A stretch of 64,000 bases of DNA from the human T2T-CHM13v2.0 reference genome, Homo sapiens. Shown piece by piece: positions 24,437 to 39,300 of the stretch (the first letter of the stretch is position 1; every line of letters starts with the position of its first letter). The notes under the pieces are model-generated. The model saw nothing but the letters and a program-made list of their open reading frames with translations, was not told the origin of the DNA and searched no databases. Location of the stretch: assembly GCF_009914755.1 (NCBI RefSeq), contig NC_060927.1. The stretch is one strand, 5' to 3'. The position numbers and the translations under genes are program-made.

Positions 24437-25328
24437 CTCTATTTGTTATCCATTTACTGTTTCATTGATTTTCATTTCAGTCTTTATTTCCTTCCTCTTT
24501 TTCATTTGAGAATAATTTTCTTTTTCTAGCTTCCTAAAGTGGAAGTTTGGATAATGAACTTAAAATCTTTCTTCTTTTTTCATAGGCATTTGAAGTCATA
24601 AATTTATATCTTAAGCATTGCTTTAGCTACATCCCACAAAATTCGATATTTTATGTTTTCATTATAACTCAGTTCAAAATATTTTCTAATTTCCCTTGTG
24701 ATTTATCTTTGATACATAGGTTATTTGGAAGAGTATTCTTTAATTTTCACATATTTGGGGATTTTTCAAGATATCTATTTGTTACTTTTTTATTCCATTC
24801 TCATCAGAAAACATACTATTAATGATTTCAGTCATTTCACATTTATTAAGACATGTTTTATGGCTCAGGACATGATCTTTCTTGAGAAATATTACGTGTG
24901 CACTTGAAAAGAATCTGTTCTGCAGTTGTTAGATGAAGTATTCTATACATGTCAACGAAGTCAAATTGTTTAATAGTGCTACTCAAGTCTTCAACATCCT
25001 TACTGATTTTTTGGTCTACTTGTTCTATCTATTATTAAGAGAGGAGTGTTGAAATCCCCTATTATAATTATAGATTTGTCTATTTTTCTTTGCAGTTCTG
25101 TCCATTTTTGCTTTATTGCTTTTGTTGAAACTCTGTAATTAGGATTATTAAGTGTTCTTGGTGAATTACACATTTTATCATTATGAAATGTCCCTCTTTG
25201 TGTATGGCTATCTTCCTTTCCCTGACGTCTACTTTTCTAATATTAATATAGCCTTACATCTTTCTCATTATTAGTATTTGCATAGTATATCATTTTTCTT
25301 CCTCTTACTTTTAATCTAATTATGCCTT

Positions 25329-25642
25329 ATATTTAAAGCGCATTTCCTGCCAGGCACAGTGGCTAACACCTGTAAATCCAACTTGAGGAGGCCAAGGCAA
25401 GAGGAGCACTTGAGCCCAGGAGTTCAAGACCATCCTGGACCACATGGTACAATCTCATCACTACAAAAATTTAAAAATTAGCCAGGTGTGGTGGCACTTG
25501 CCCGTGGTCTCCGGTACTCAGGAGGCTGAGGTGAGAAGATCACTTGAGCCTAAGAGGTTGAGGCTGCAGTGAGCCATAATTGCACCACTGCACTCCAGCC
25601 TGGGCAACAGAAAGATTCTGTCTCAAAAAAAAATAAAAAAAA
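25329..25642 (+). mobile_element. Alu (AluJ-like)
   Basis: Diverged Alu consensus; flanking gcatttcctg duplication. Confidence 0.9.
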
Positions 25643-25990
25643 GGGCATTTCCTGTAGACAGCATATTGTTGGGTCTTTCTTTTTCCATCTAAAAATGTGT
25701 CTTTTAAATGGATTACTCAGCTTCTTTACACTTAATGTAATTATTTATGTGGTTGAGTTTAAGTTTACCATCTTGCTATTTCTTCTCTATTCCATTTGTT
25801 CTCTATCCCATCTTTTCTCTTTTCCTGCCAAATCTTGGATTAACTCTTTGTTTGTTTGTTTGTTTGTTTGTTTTAATTCATTTAGTATCCTAAACTGCCT
25901 TATTATATATATATATTTTTTTTTATTTTTTAGTGGTTGCTTGAGTGTTTTCAGTATGTCTTTAAATTATTACAGCTTACCTTCAAATAT

Positions 25991-26356
25991 TGATATGACT
26001 TGGCTCTGTGTCCCCACCCAAATCTCATCTTGTAGCTCCCATAATTCCCACGTGTTGTGGGAGAGACCCGATGGGAGATGATTGAATCATATGGTGGGTC
26101 TTTCCTGTGCTGTTCTCGTGATAGTGAATGGGTCTCATGAGATCCGATGGTTTTTAAAAATTGGAGTTTCTCTGCACAAACTCTCTCTTTGCCTTCTGCC
26201 ATCCATGTAAGATATGAATTGCTCCTCCTTGCCTTCTGCCATGATTGTGAGGCTTCCCCAGCCACATGGAACTGTAAGTCCAATTAAACCTCTTTCTTTT
26301 GTAAATTGCCCAATCTCAGGTAAGTCTTTATCAGCAGCATGAAAACGGGCTAAACA
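25991..26356 (+). mobile_element. THE1 solo LTR
   Basis: tgatatg..tggctctgtgtccccacccaaatctcatcttg ... ctttatcagcagcatgaaaacgg. Confidence 0.9.
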
Positions 26357-26379
26357 ATATTATACCACTTCGCATTTGA

Positions 26380-26681
<302 letters not shown>

Positions 26682-28015
26682 TAAAGAATTTTTTAAACAA
26701 ATTAGATGGGCATGGTGGTGTGTGCCTGTAGTTCCAGCTATGTGGGAGGCTGAGGTGGGAGGATCACCTGAGCCTGGGGAGGTCGAGGTTGCAGTGAGCC
26801 ATAATCATGCCACTGCACTCCAGCCTGAGCAACAGAGCAAGACAATCTCAAAAAATAATAAAAAAGAAATTTTAAAACAAAGGCTTTAATATTTACTAAC
26901 AAAGCTATCATTTCTGGTCCACTTCATTTCTTTGTACAGATACAAATTTCCACCTGGTATCATTTCTGTTCACCCTGAAGAACTTCCTTAACATTGCATG
27001 AAGTCCAGGAAGGTATTCACTCAGCTTTTGTTTATAAAAGTTTTTATTTCACTTTCAATTTTGAAAGATACTTTTACTTAATAATGGAATTCTACATTCA
27101 CTTTTTTTCCTTTCAGCATTTGCTGATACTCTACTGTCTTCTGACTTGCATTGTTTCTGGAGAGAAGTCTGTAATCATTCTTATTTTTGTTTCTCTGTCT
27201 ATGTCCTTTTAAACTCTACTACTGAGTTTTAAATAGCAATTCAATTATTATGTTCTGTAGTGTGGCTTTGTGTTTACCTTGCTTGAGATTCACTGTGCTT
27301 CTAGAATCTGTGGCTTTTAGCTTTTATCAAATTTGAAAATTTTTAGCTATTATTTCTTCAAATATATATTTTTGGCTCCTACTATTTTCTTCTGTCATTC
27401 TGTACTCTAGTTTCTCACATGTCACATTACTTGCTATAGACCCCCAGGTGAAATTATCATACCTAATTTTTTTCAAATTTTTTGGTCTGTACTTCAGTTT
27501 GGATAGTTTCCATTGCTATGCCTCCAATTTCATTAATATTTTCTTCTGCAGTGTAATCTATGGCTAAAACCATCCAGTTAATTTTTCATTTCAGATGTTG
27601 TATTTTTCAGCTCAAATGGTCCCATTTGGCTCTTTTTACATCTTGAATGTCTCTCCTAATTATGTTAATGTTTTCTTCTAAATCCTTGGTCAAATTTATA
27701 ATATTAATAATAGATATATTAAAGTATTTGTCTAAAATTTCATAATCTCTGTCACTTCTGTGCCTGTTTCTATTAAATAACTTTCCTCTCAATTACAGGT
27801 CACAATTTCCTGCCTTCTCACATATCTATAATTTTTAATAAATGCTGACCACTGTTAAATGTTACATTGTTGACTATTTCAATTACATTGTCTTTCTTTA
27901 AGAAATGTTGAAATTTGGCAGACAGCTAAGTTACTTCCAATTCATCTTGATCCATTTGAGGTTGATTCTGAAGTCTGTTAGGATGAGTCTAGAGCAGCCT
28001 TTATGCTAAGACTAC

Positions 28016-30697
28016 TGCATTAGTCCGTTTTCACACTGCTATAAAGAACTAACTGAGATCAGGTAATTTATAAACAAAAGAGGTTTAATTCACTCACCAT
28101 TCCACATGGCTGGGGAAGACTCAGGAAACTTACAATCATGGCAGAAGGAAAAGGGGAAGCAAGGCATGGCTTACATGGCAACAAGAGAGAAAGTGAGTGA
28201 GCGGGGAACTGTCAAACACTTTTAAACCATCAGATCTTGTGAGAACTCACTCACTATCACAAGAACAGTATGGGGGAAACCACTCCCATGATCCAATCAC
28301 CTCCCACCAGATGCCTCCATTGACACATGGGGATTACAATTTGAGATGAGATTTGGGTGAGAACACAGCCAAACCATATCATTCTGCCCCTGGCCTCTCT
28401 CAAATTTCATGTCCTTCTCACATTTAAAAACCAATCATGAGCCAGGTGCAGTGGCTCACACCTGTAATCCCAGCACTTTGGGAAGCTAAAGGGGGTGGAT
28501 TGCTTGAGGCCAGGAGTTCAAGACCAGCCTGGCCAACATGGAGAAACCTCATCTCTACTAAAAATACAAAAATTAACTGGGTGTGGTGGCACACACCTGT
28601 AATGCCAGCTACTCTGCTTGAGAAGCTGAGACATGAGAAGCACTTGAATCTAGGAGGTGGAGCTTGCAGTGAGCCAAGATCATGACACTGCACTCCAGCC
28701 TAAGCAACAGAATGAGACTGTGTCTCAAAAAAATAAAATAAAATAATAAAAAAACAATTATGCCTTCCCAACAGTCCCCCAAAGTCTTAATTCATTCCAG
28801 CATTAACCCAAAAAGTCCAAGTCCAAAGTCTCATCTAAGACAAGGCAAGTCCCTTTCATCTATTAGCCTGTAAAATCAAAAACAAGTTAGTTGCTTCCTA
28901 AATAAAATGTGGGTACAGGCATTGAGTAAATGTTCCCATTCCAAATGGGAGAAATTTGCCAAAACAAAAGGCCTACAGGCCCCATGCAAGTCTGAAACCC
29001 AACGGGGCACTCTTAAGGCTCCAAAATAATCTCTTTTGACTCATGTCTCACATCCAGGGCACACTGATGCAGAATAGGCTCCCAAAGTCTTGGGCAGCTC
29101 CAACCATGTGGATCTGCAGGGTACAGCCCCCGCAGCTGCTTTCATGGGCTGGCATTAAGTGCCTATGGCTTTTCCAGGTACACAGTACAAGCTCTCAGTG
29201 GATCTACCATTCTGGGGTCTGGAGGACAGTGGCCCTCTTCTCACAGATCCACTAGGCAGTGCCCCAGTGGGGACTCTTTGTGGGGGCTCCAACCCCACAT
29301 TTCCCTTTTGCACTGCCCTAGCAGAGGTTCTCCATGAGGGCTCTGCCCCTGCAGGAGACTTCCACCTGGACATCCAAGAATTGCCATACATCCTCTGAAA
29401 TCTAGGTGGAGGTTCTCAAACCTCAACTCTTGTCTTTTGTACACCCACAGGCCCAACACTATGTGGAAGCTGCCAAGGCTTGGGGCTTGCACTCTCTGAA
29501 GCAATGGCCTCAGCTGTACCTTGGCCCATTTTAGCCATGGCTGGAGTGTCAGCAACTGGGACACAAGGCATCATGTCTCAAGGCTGCACAGAGCATCAGG
29601 GTCCTGGGCCTGGCCCACAAAACCATTTTTCCCTCCTAGGCCTCCAGGCCTGTGATGGGAGGGGCTGCCATGAAGATCTCTGACATGGCCTGGAGACATT
29701 TTCCCCATTATCTTGGATATTACCATTTGGATCCTCCTTACTTATGTGGATTTCTGCAGCTGGCTTGAATTTCTCCCCAGAAAATGGGTTTTTCTGTTCT
29801 GCCACATGGTCAGGCTGCAAATTTTCCAAAGTTTTATGTTCTGCTTCCCTTCTAAACTAAGTACTAATTTCAGATCATCTCTCTATGAATGCATACAGCT
29901 GACTCTACACTTTCAGAAAAAGCCAGGTCACCTCTTGGATGCTTTGCTGCTTAGAAATTTCTTCCACCAGACACCCTAAATCATCTCTCTCAAGTTCAAA
30001 GTTCCAGAGTTCTCTAGGACAGGGACAAAATGCCACCAGTCTCTTTGCTAAAGCATAGCAAGAGTGACCTTTGCTCCAGTTCCCAATAAGCTCCTCATCT
30101 CCATCTGAGACCACTTCAGCCTGGACCTCACTGTCCATATCACTATCAACATTTTGGTCAAAAGCATTCAACAAGTCTCTAGGAAGTTCCAAACTTTCCC
30201 ACATCTTCCTGTCTTCTTCTGAGCCCTCCAAACTGTTCCAACCTCTGTGCATTACCCAGTTCCAAAGTTGCTTCCACATTTTCAGGTTATCTTTAGAGCA
30301 GTACCCCACTATTCCAGTACCAATTTTCTGTATTAGTCCATTTTCACACAGCTAAAAAGAACTAGCTGAAACTGGGTAATTTACAAACAAAAGAGGTTTA
30401 ATTGACTCACAATTTCACATGACTGGGGAGGCCACAAGAAACTTACAATTATGGTGGAAGGCAAAGGAGAAGCAATGCACAGCTTACGTGGTGGCAAGAG
30501 AGAGAGCAAGCAAATGGGGAACTGCCAAACACTTTGAAGCCATCAGATCTCATGAGAACTCACTCACTATCATGAGAACAGCATGGGGGAAACCACCAAC
30601 CTTAATCCAATCACCTCCTACCAGGTTCCACCATAGACACACAGGGATTACAATTCAAGATGAGCTTTGGGTGGAGACACAGAGCCAAACCATATCA
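28016..30697 (-). mobile_element. Full-length THE1/MST-type MaLR: LTR 28016-28381, internal region, LTR 30329-30697; Alu inserted at ~28439-28752
   Basis: Two homologous LTRs ending ccaaaccatatca; MaLR internal ORF remnants (LWNWVMHRGWNSLEGSEEDRKMWESLEL); near-TSD actac/gctac. Confidence 0.92.
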
Positions 30698-30978
30698 GCT
30701 ACCTTACCCTTGATATTAAGGTATGAATCTTGTAGGATCTCTACTGATCACCCAAGTATTCAATGAGATCCCTCCTCTCTGGTTGGATGAAACTTGAATG
30801 TCTCCTGGTACTGTGTAAGTTCTGATAATTGCTCAGCTTATGGCTCCCTAGCATTTGTTCTTTGCCTAGTCATCTGGAAATTTACCCTATTCATGTGCAA
30901 ATTAACATTCAGCCAAAGACTGAAAGGGAGTGCTCCGCAGATTTCTGTAACTTTCTCTGTGTATCTTCATCCTATATA

Positions 30979-31170
30979 GCAGGGTTTGGCAAACTTTATA
31001 CATAGCTAGATAGTAAATATTTGAGGCTTTGTAGGACACACATAGTTTCTGCTATATTCTTTTTTAAAAAACAAGTCTTTTAAAAGTGTATAAATCATTC
31101 TTATCTTAGGCCTGTAAAAAAAAAAGACTATGTCTTGAATTGGTCCACAACCATAGTCTGCCAACCTCTG
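30979..31170 (+). mobile_element. MER58-like hAT MITE
   Basis: Termini cagggtttggcaaac / gtctgccaacctctg. Confidence 0.75.
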
Positions 31171-31888
31171 CTCTACAGTATTCTGATCTGCAAACTCCAG
31201 ATACCTAGCCTTCCTGAACTCCAATCTCTGTCTCCTTCACTTAGTGATATCAGTGCCCTATTTGGGTTTCCCTCTCTGTGCCATCGGAAAATTGCCTCCA
31301 CAAAGGAGGCCAATATAATTATAGAATTCACTTCACTTGTTTTCCTTCTCTCTAGGATCACAGTCCTATACTGGCTATTGTCCTAATATCTGAAGTTATT
31401 TATTTTATTCTGTCCAGTTTTTTCTAATTGTTTGTAGTGGGAAAGCAAGTTCTTTAGTGAATATTCCTTAATGGCCCTACAATATCATTTTGTGTCTTTT
31501 AAAAAATAGGTAATAGAATAATGCTTGGACTGATTTCTAGGTCTCTTGATCTGAAATTTCCACATCACTCTTTTTGTTTTTAAAAAAATGCCTAACCAAA
31601 GTCTAGAGTTAGCCCAGATTTTGATAAATTCCTAATCAATCTGGTGATGAAGTTATCTCAGAATCTCTTTGGCTACTCCCTTCTCCTCCCATACCCCTTG
31701 CTGTGAGACATCTGACTTTCTTAGATAAGGCAATCACATAGAAATGTAGGAAAGAAAAGAAGTTGGGTAACTTCGGAATCTTCGTTCTTTCCTTGTCATT
31801 ACTCCTCCAGCTACTCAAGACCCAAGTGTTTAATGGTCTGAAATTTCTGTTTTGCAACTGGTGACCTGCAGGAAAGTAACATGTGTGA

Positions 31889-32240
<352 letters not shown>

Positions 32241-32695
32241 GTAAAGCCAGCTTTTAAAGCTCATGCTGTTGACCTATAGGAGGAACCTTAAAGGTCATTA
32301 AGTGAAGACATAGCACTTGCACCAAAGAAGTCATCAAGGACAAACGTGTGGTGAGAGAGTCCCTAACCTGCAATAGGAAAGTCCTCAATTGTTCTGCTAA
32401 CTTGGAAGACTACTTGCAATCTAAATTGAGGGAGTCTAATTTCTTTCACTCAACATAATGTTTTTTAAATTTCATCCATGTTATTTTGTATATTCATAGT
32501 TTATTCTTTTTCTTACTTTTTAAATGTTATTTACTTTTTCTTTTCATTTATTTTTAAATAAACAAAAGTTTATTATTTTATTGCTAAGTAGTATTTCATT
32601 GTTTATCACTCAACTGTTGACATTAGGATTGTTTCCAGATCCTGGCTGTTATGAATACAGATGCGATAAACATTCATATATAAGTCTTTGAATGG

Positions 32696-33149
32696 TGACA
32701 AAAGTTATTTGCCTGGCCAAACTTTAGTCAGGCTTCTAAATCTTCTCCTCGGTCTGTCTGTGCACTTCCTCATAAAATCTACTTTTAGCAAAAGAATTCT
32801 GCTAAGTCCATTTAGCCAGAACTCCCATTCTTGATATCTGATTATCCTCATTATCTGATCAGGTTCCTCATCCTCTCCCGTCCCCCAGGTGATGTCTGAT
32901 CACTCTGGTCTATCTTAAGCAAGAATTCTGTTAGGTCAGATTAGCCAGGATCCCTCTTACCCCTTACTATGGTTTCACTGTGTCCCCCAAAGTTCATGTG
33001 TTGGAAACTTTATCCCTAAAGCAAAAATGTTTGGAGATGGGCCTAATGGGAAGTGTTTAGGTCATGAGGGCTCCACCAATTAATACATTATAATCAAATT
33101 TTATAACAGAATTAATGCTGATTATGAAAGGGCTTCAGGTTATAAGTTA

Positions 33150-33183
<34 letters not shown>

Positions 33184-33572
33184 ACCCTTCTGCCTTCTGC
33201 CACAGGATGACACAGCAAGAAGGCCCTCACAAGATGCCAGCACCTTAAGACTGGACTTTCCAGCCTCCAGAACTGTAAAAAATAAATTCTCTTTTATAAA
33301 TTACCCAGACTGTGGTATTCTGTTAAAGCAACACAAATGAACTAAGACACCCCTGATGTTTCTTCTCAGTAATTTTCCATCCACTGATCCCCACACTGCT
33401 CTTTGGTTATAAATTCCCACATGTCTACGCTGCATTCAAAGTTGAGTCCAGTCTCTCTTCCTCATCCTGGGAGACCCTATTGCAGTGATCCCTAAACCTG
33501 TTTTAATGGTCTTCAATAAAGTCTTCCTTGCTGTGCTTTAATAAATATTACTGAATAATTTTTTCTTTAACA
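32696..33572 (+). mobile_element. ERV1-class LTR (MER39-like) with a nested MST LTR (~32966-33349)
   Basis: ccaaactttagtcaggct start, aataaagtcttcc near the end; nested MST start tatggttt..tgtgtcccccaaagttcatgtgttgg and end actaagaca. Confidence 0.6.
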
Positions 33573-33861
33573 GTGAACATTGTTGCTATTTTCTTCAGGT
33601 CTGTGGCTTTTACTTTCATTTTCTTAATACTGTCTTTCTAAGAGCAGAAGATTTTAATTTTGTTAAGATCCAATATATCATTCTTTTCTTATGTGGTACA
33701 TACTTTTTGAATCTTATTTAAAGAATTTTTGCCTACTAAAGATCAGAAAGATTTTTCTTCAAGCTTTCTTAGAGAAGCTTTATAAATTCAGGTTTTACAT
33801 TTAGTTCTATAATATGTTTTCAGTTAATTTTTCTACATAATGCAAGATAAGGACCAAGGCT

Positions 33862-33895
<34 letters not shown>

Positions 33896-34022
33896 ATAGG
33901 AATATCGCATCATTCCAGCACCGTTTATTAGACTTACCCTTTCCCCCAATTAATTACCTCAGCACTTTTGTTGAAATCAATTGGCCATATGGGTGGGGGC
34001 CTATTTCTGGACTCTCTATCCT

Positions 34023-34470
34023 GTTTCATTGATATATATACGTATGGCAGATGCACCTGAAAGCAATAATTTAACTTAAGCATACCTGGAGAATGACCCT
34101 ACCATCTAAGAAGAATGTGTATTCAAATTCCAGAGCTAAGGAATCCAGGAGTGGCCATCCTAGAGATTTCCTCCTTGTCTATGAAGAACATCTGAACCTC
34201 CAGCCCATCCCTTGGAACACAGGCCATATAGGGGGATCAAGGCCCTTTGTTTTGGATTAGATGGAGGTTGCTAGGTGGTGGGTGCTAGGTGAAAATGCAT
34301 GTTTCTTACAAACAGTAGCAGTTCTCCTGTCCAGCCTACTGCCACTGGACCACCCCTGTATATAAGTCCCCCCAATAAACCCTATGTCTCATTCACTGCC
34401 TCCAGCTCTTTTCTTCAGCCTCGTGGATACAGTGCCATCCCTATTAGAATCAACAGGGCTCCAGCACAAC
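34023..34470 (+). mobile_element. Solo LTR (MER72/LTR47-like)
   Basis: ggcagatgcacctga..agcaataa..taagcatac start; tataag and aataaac signals. Confidence 0.6.
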
Positions 34471-34726
34471 ACCTTATGCCAATACAACTCTGTCTTAATT
34501 ACCATACCTTTATAGTAGGTCTTGAAATCCAATAGTTATCTGCATCGGTTAATTCTAGGTCCAATATGGATGAATCTCAAAAACAATGTGTGGAAAAAAT
34601 ATGTGGAGGGTAAGAAGCCAGACACAAAAGAGCATTTGCTATATGGCTCCATTTATATGAGGTTCAATAACATGCAAACCTAATCTGATAGTAATCAGAA
34701 CGGTAGCTAGCCGCCAGTCTCTACCC

Positions 34727-35018
34727 TTTTTTTTTTTAAACAGAGTCTTACTTTGTTGCCCAGACTGGCATGCAGCAGCACAATCTCGGCTCACTGCAAC
34801 CTCGACCTCCCAGGTTCAAGCAATCCTCCCACCTCAGCCTCCTGAGTAGCTTGGACTACAGGCATGCACCAACATGTCCAGCTAATTTTTGTATTTTTAG
34901 TGAAAAGACGGGATTTCACCATGTTGTCTGGGCTGGTCTCGAACTCCTGGGCTCAAGAAATCTGCCTTCCTCAGCCTCCCAAAGTGCTGGGATTACAGGT
35001 GTGAGCCACTGTCCAGCC
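34727..35018 (-). mobile_element. Alu (AluJ-like)
   Basis: Reverse Alu consensus. Confidence 0.92.
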
Positions 35019-35659
35019 TCTACCAATCTTTATTCAAGTAAATATTCACATGCACCTTCTTTCCATAGGCAAAACACACTAATCCTCTCCTAAAAGGAGG
35101 CAACTTCAATGTTTCATAAACAAAGAAGGAAACTGGAAGCAATAATGGGCTCTGCATCATATCAAAGAACTACCCTGGGACCCATAGGGTAATGAGGGAA
35201 ATGAGCCAGAATCAGTAAGCACCCCAACCTGTCATCTCCCTAACCCTCAGCCCTGTGTTTTCCATAGAGCCTGATTAAAGTGATCTGGTGCTCAAGGCTT
35301 GGAGAAGGAGGGGCAGAAATAGGCAGAAAATGGAGGTTGCAGTTTGGGGTGTAGTGCCCTGACCACTCTCTTGCTTCCAGTTTCTCTCGCTTCCTCCTTC
35401 CCAGATGCAATGACTAGCAAACTCAGCTACAAAGCTCCATGCGGAAATGCTGATGGCCATGGAGAGCATAGGCAGCAAAACCCAACTGTCTAAAACCATC
35501 CATCCAACTCACAACTGGGCAGGCAGAGACTTCCTCTCTCACTCTTTAGTTTAAAAAGAATCATCAACATCTTCCTAAGCTTAATGTGAGGTAAGTTGTC
35601 TTCAGTGTCCCCAATAACCAGGCCAGTAGACATGGAGAACATAGGAGACTCTCCAAACA

Positions 35660-35665
35660 TTTATT
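35660..35665 (-). terminator. Poly(A) signal AATAAA of the PRSS42-like gene
   Basis: Positionally homologous to 14751-14756. Confidence 0.75.
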
Positions 35666-36351
35666 TAGTTGATTTCTGAAAACTCTGCACTCCATAACTG
35701 CCTCAATACAACTTGTAGTGTCTCTGAAAGTGGCCACTAGGGCACTGAGGAAGGGGGTGCCAAGAATGGGTAGCCCCAAGAGAGTTAGTGTGGCAGAGGC
35801 TGTCCACTCACAGATGGATCCACACTGGGCTGCAGGGGAACTTCTCCCAGCCCCAGACAACTGAGCCTAGAGTGGAAGTCCCAGGCCTCACACCTCTGCA
35901 GGGACCTGGTAACGCCTCCTTCACGCTGAGCAATCACCCAGCTGGCTGGTTTCACAAAGTCTTAGGTGGGAGCCCTGAAACCAGAACCACATCTAACACT
36001 TGCTTCACTGTTGATGATGTCTCTTCTTTGATAGATGTTCCCCCAGATACTGATGAGTCACTGTGGCCCACCTGGCAGGGAGGCTGGTCCTCTAGCTGGA
36101 ATTAGTTCACCCCCTCCTTCCCACTAGCCAGAGCACAGCCCTGGTGCAGGCATGGCTGAGGCAGGTGACCAGAGCACCAGGCAGGGGCACTTTCCAGGCC
36201 CCAGTCTCCCTGCTGTGCTCTATTGTATGGATCTCCAGAGGGCCCGTGGATTCCAACTGGGATTTTCAGAAACGGCATTGAGAAGGAGTGGGAGGTTGGA
36301 GGAGAGGCCTAGTATGAGACTCAGAAACAAAAGGGGAGTGGGCTGGGGTGA

Positions 36352-39300
36352 TCACTGGGCCACCAGGATGCCCAGGGGCAGCACCAAATGCAGGACTAAG
36401 ATGAGGAACACTGCTGGATACAAACAGGTAGCCTGATCCACCACTGCAATCAGCCACTTACTGTAGACACCAATTTCTGTATAAACTCCAGGCAACCCTC
36501 AGCGACCACAGCCGATGCCCCAGCTCACAATCCCTACCTGGACCCATGTGTCATTATATTCACAGGCCAAGCGGCCCCCAGAATCTCCCTAGAGAAAGAG
36601 AAAGAAACGAACTTCAGAAATTGAATAGGATCTATATCAGAGCAGACTGACTGTACTACAAGGTGTTGAGGAGACAGGCACACATAGGGCTTCCTCTGGC
36701 ACCTCAAAGGCCCCACCACCCAGATTTCTGTGAATATGACAACTGAATATGTGAGCATGGGAACTAAAAAGTTAATGGGAAAACTTTAATATGCTCTGAG
36801 AAAATGATGGCTTCTCATTTTCCAAACTATAGTGGCTGTTAAACGTCTTGAACCTCTGCATGGCAGCCCACTAAATCCTCATATTTAGCCTGAAGTTTCT
36901 CTACAACTCCTAACCTACATAGCCAGCTCCCTCCATATTTTCAGTTCCACTCTCAGACAGCCCCACACCCTCCAACTCAAGCAGAATTCTGCGTGTCCTT
37001 TCCCAAACCTCCTCTGCTGACCAATCATCTCAGTCAGAAAAACAGGGTCCTCCTGAACCTCTCCCTCACCCCCACCCCTACATGCAGTCAGTCAACAAGA
37101 ATGAATGGGTCAAACTCAAAAACACCTTCACCGGCCTCCCTGCCCCAGGCACTGCTCAGGACTCCATTTATCACAGCCTAGGTGATGAAAACAAGCATTT
37201 AGACTTCTATCTATGCACCACACAGCTCAGGGAGTCATTTATCTAAAAGGCAAATCTAATTATGCTCACCAAGCCTCCCTCCCAAGTCCTGCCAGAGCAA
37301 AATCTAGAAACTTGGCACCGCACTCCAAGCCATACACATTCTGACTCCAACCCACTTCTCAGCCACATTTGCTGCCTCATTTCTCCAAATGTGTAAAGTG
37401 TCCCTTAACATGAGAAGTTCCCTCAGACCTCTGAGCCACTGTACATGCTATTCCCTCTTCTTACAATGCTGTTTTCCTCTTTCCAAGAAATCCAAATACT
37501 CATTCTCTAAGACCCAGCTCTAATGCCTCCTCCTCAGGAAGGCAGCTTGGTGCCGAGGGAAGAGCATGGGTCTGGGAGTTGGTACTCACAGGAGGATCCT
37601 GAAGTAATGTCCTTGGATATCACCTTTCACATTCATCCAAGGGGTGTGATGTTTATGTTGCGGGGTTGTGGTGTGGTTTAACTGAGATAATGAGGGTTAA
37701 TGTCCACACTGGCATGGTGAGCGTCACATAGGAGAACCTCAATTAGTACAGCATATGTTATTAGCATTACCCACCCCAACTTTCCCACATGCCAGCAGTG
37801 CCCCCAGGCAGTGCAATCTCCCTTTTGAAAGAACAGACCAGGCCAAGTTAGGGCAGCCATGGCAGGTTTCCCTCTATGAATCTCTTTAACTCAACTAGGT
37901 GTGAATAGAGGAAGCAGCAAATAACCCAGACTCTGCCATCTGAGAATGGGGAAAGGATCCATGAATTTACTTGACAAGAATCCTTTCCTTGTTCTTTATA
38001 GCCACAGACCATCCCTTTTATTATTACATCCTTAGTAGATGACAAGGCCTTCTGTATTATCTTATTACATTCCTCATAGCACATGATGTATTGGTCCACA
38101 TCCTGAAGAATTTCTGATGCAAGTTTCTCTCCTATCAAAGAAGATCATCAGATCTGCACAAGTGGACAATAGGCCCCTAAGCACCCAGCATCCCTCTGGA
38201 AAAAGGCCAAGGCAGTGAGTATTATTCTCATTTGACACAGAAGGCCCAAAGTTGACATGGAGAGAGGAGGACGTAAGAAACAAAACCAAGACAGGAACAG
38301 GAAGAATATTTCAGGAGAGGGAGAGGCAAGGCCTTGCCAACCTGAGAAATGACAACCAAGTATCGTCACTGTAAGTATCAGTAGTAATAGTGAGAGTGTG
38401 TCCTGTGCATCAGTAAAGCATCTTTACTGTCTAGAGCAGGATCACAGACTCTCAGGCAGAAAATGCCCCAGAAGTACCAAATCCAGCTTCTCCCCAGGGA
38501 TAGGAGGGCATACACCCGACCCATAGGAGTCTTCTGGTTCTCTCTACATCCCCAGGAACAGAAAATACCCTATCCACCAAAGCAGGTGCTTCGAATGAGG
38601 AGCAGCTCTGACTGGCAGACAGCTCATCACCCTCTGAGCTGTTCCTGGGGAGAACTTTATAGCATCTTGCTCTGTCCAGGGAACCTAAAAATCCCCCAAA
38701 CCAGTCAAGCACAGTGCCCCCACGAATCCACAGAAGGAGATGTTGCCCATGTGTTTCTTCTTCTCCTGGCTGAGCAACTCCAGTTCCAGGACAGAAGTCT
38801 TCCTAAATGGCTGCCATCAAATATTTGTGTTGCAACAAAAGAACTCAACCCAGTTTCTGATGTCACCCAAGCCAACCAGGAACCATGACCCTGACTGCTG
38901 CTAAACTGCGTGCCCCTCACCACCTGCCACTCACCAGGCAGTTTGCCTCCCTGCCCCTTTCTGTGGCCTTCATGTCTACTCCAGGAGTAAGGGTGCCTCC
39001 TCTCTGCCCCAAGTTTGCTTCCTGCCTTGAAGTCTCACCACGTTCTGGTGTTTTGCCCCATCCGGTCACCCAGCACCTGGTCCTACCTTCCACCTGGAAA
39101 TTCTCCTGAGGGATGCAGATAGGCTGGATGTTTGAGGTAAAATTCACAGGATGTTGGAGCTGGAGAAGGGCAAGGTCATTTCGAATGGTTGTAACTGTTG
39201 AGAACTTAGGGTGGACAAAAGCTCTTTGGACTGAGACCACCACACTTGTGTTTTCATTATAGACACTCCGATCTCCCATCTTGACACTGTAATGGAAACG

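Noticed and set aside
36499-36501. In-frame TGA as selenocysteine or programmed read-through
   Set aside because: It aligns with Lys in the paralog, not Cys; the context TGA-GGG is not the TGA-CTAG read-through motif; I could not identify a SECIS element
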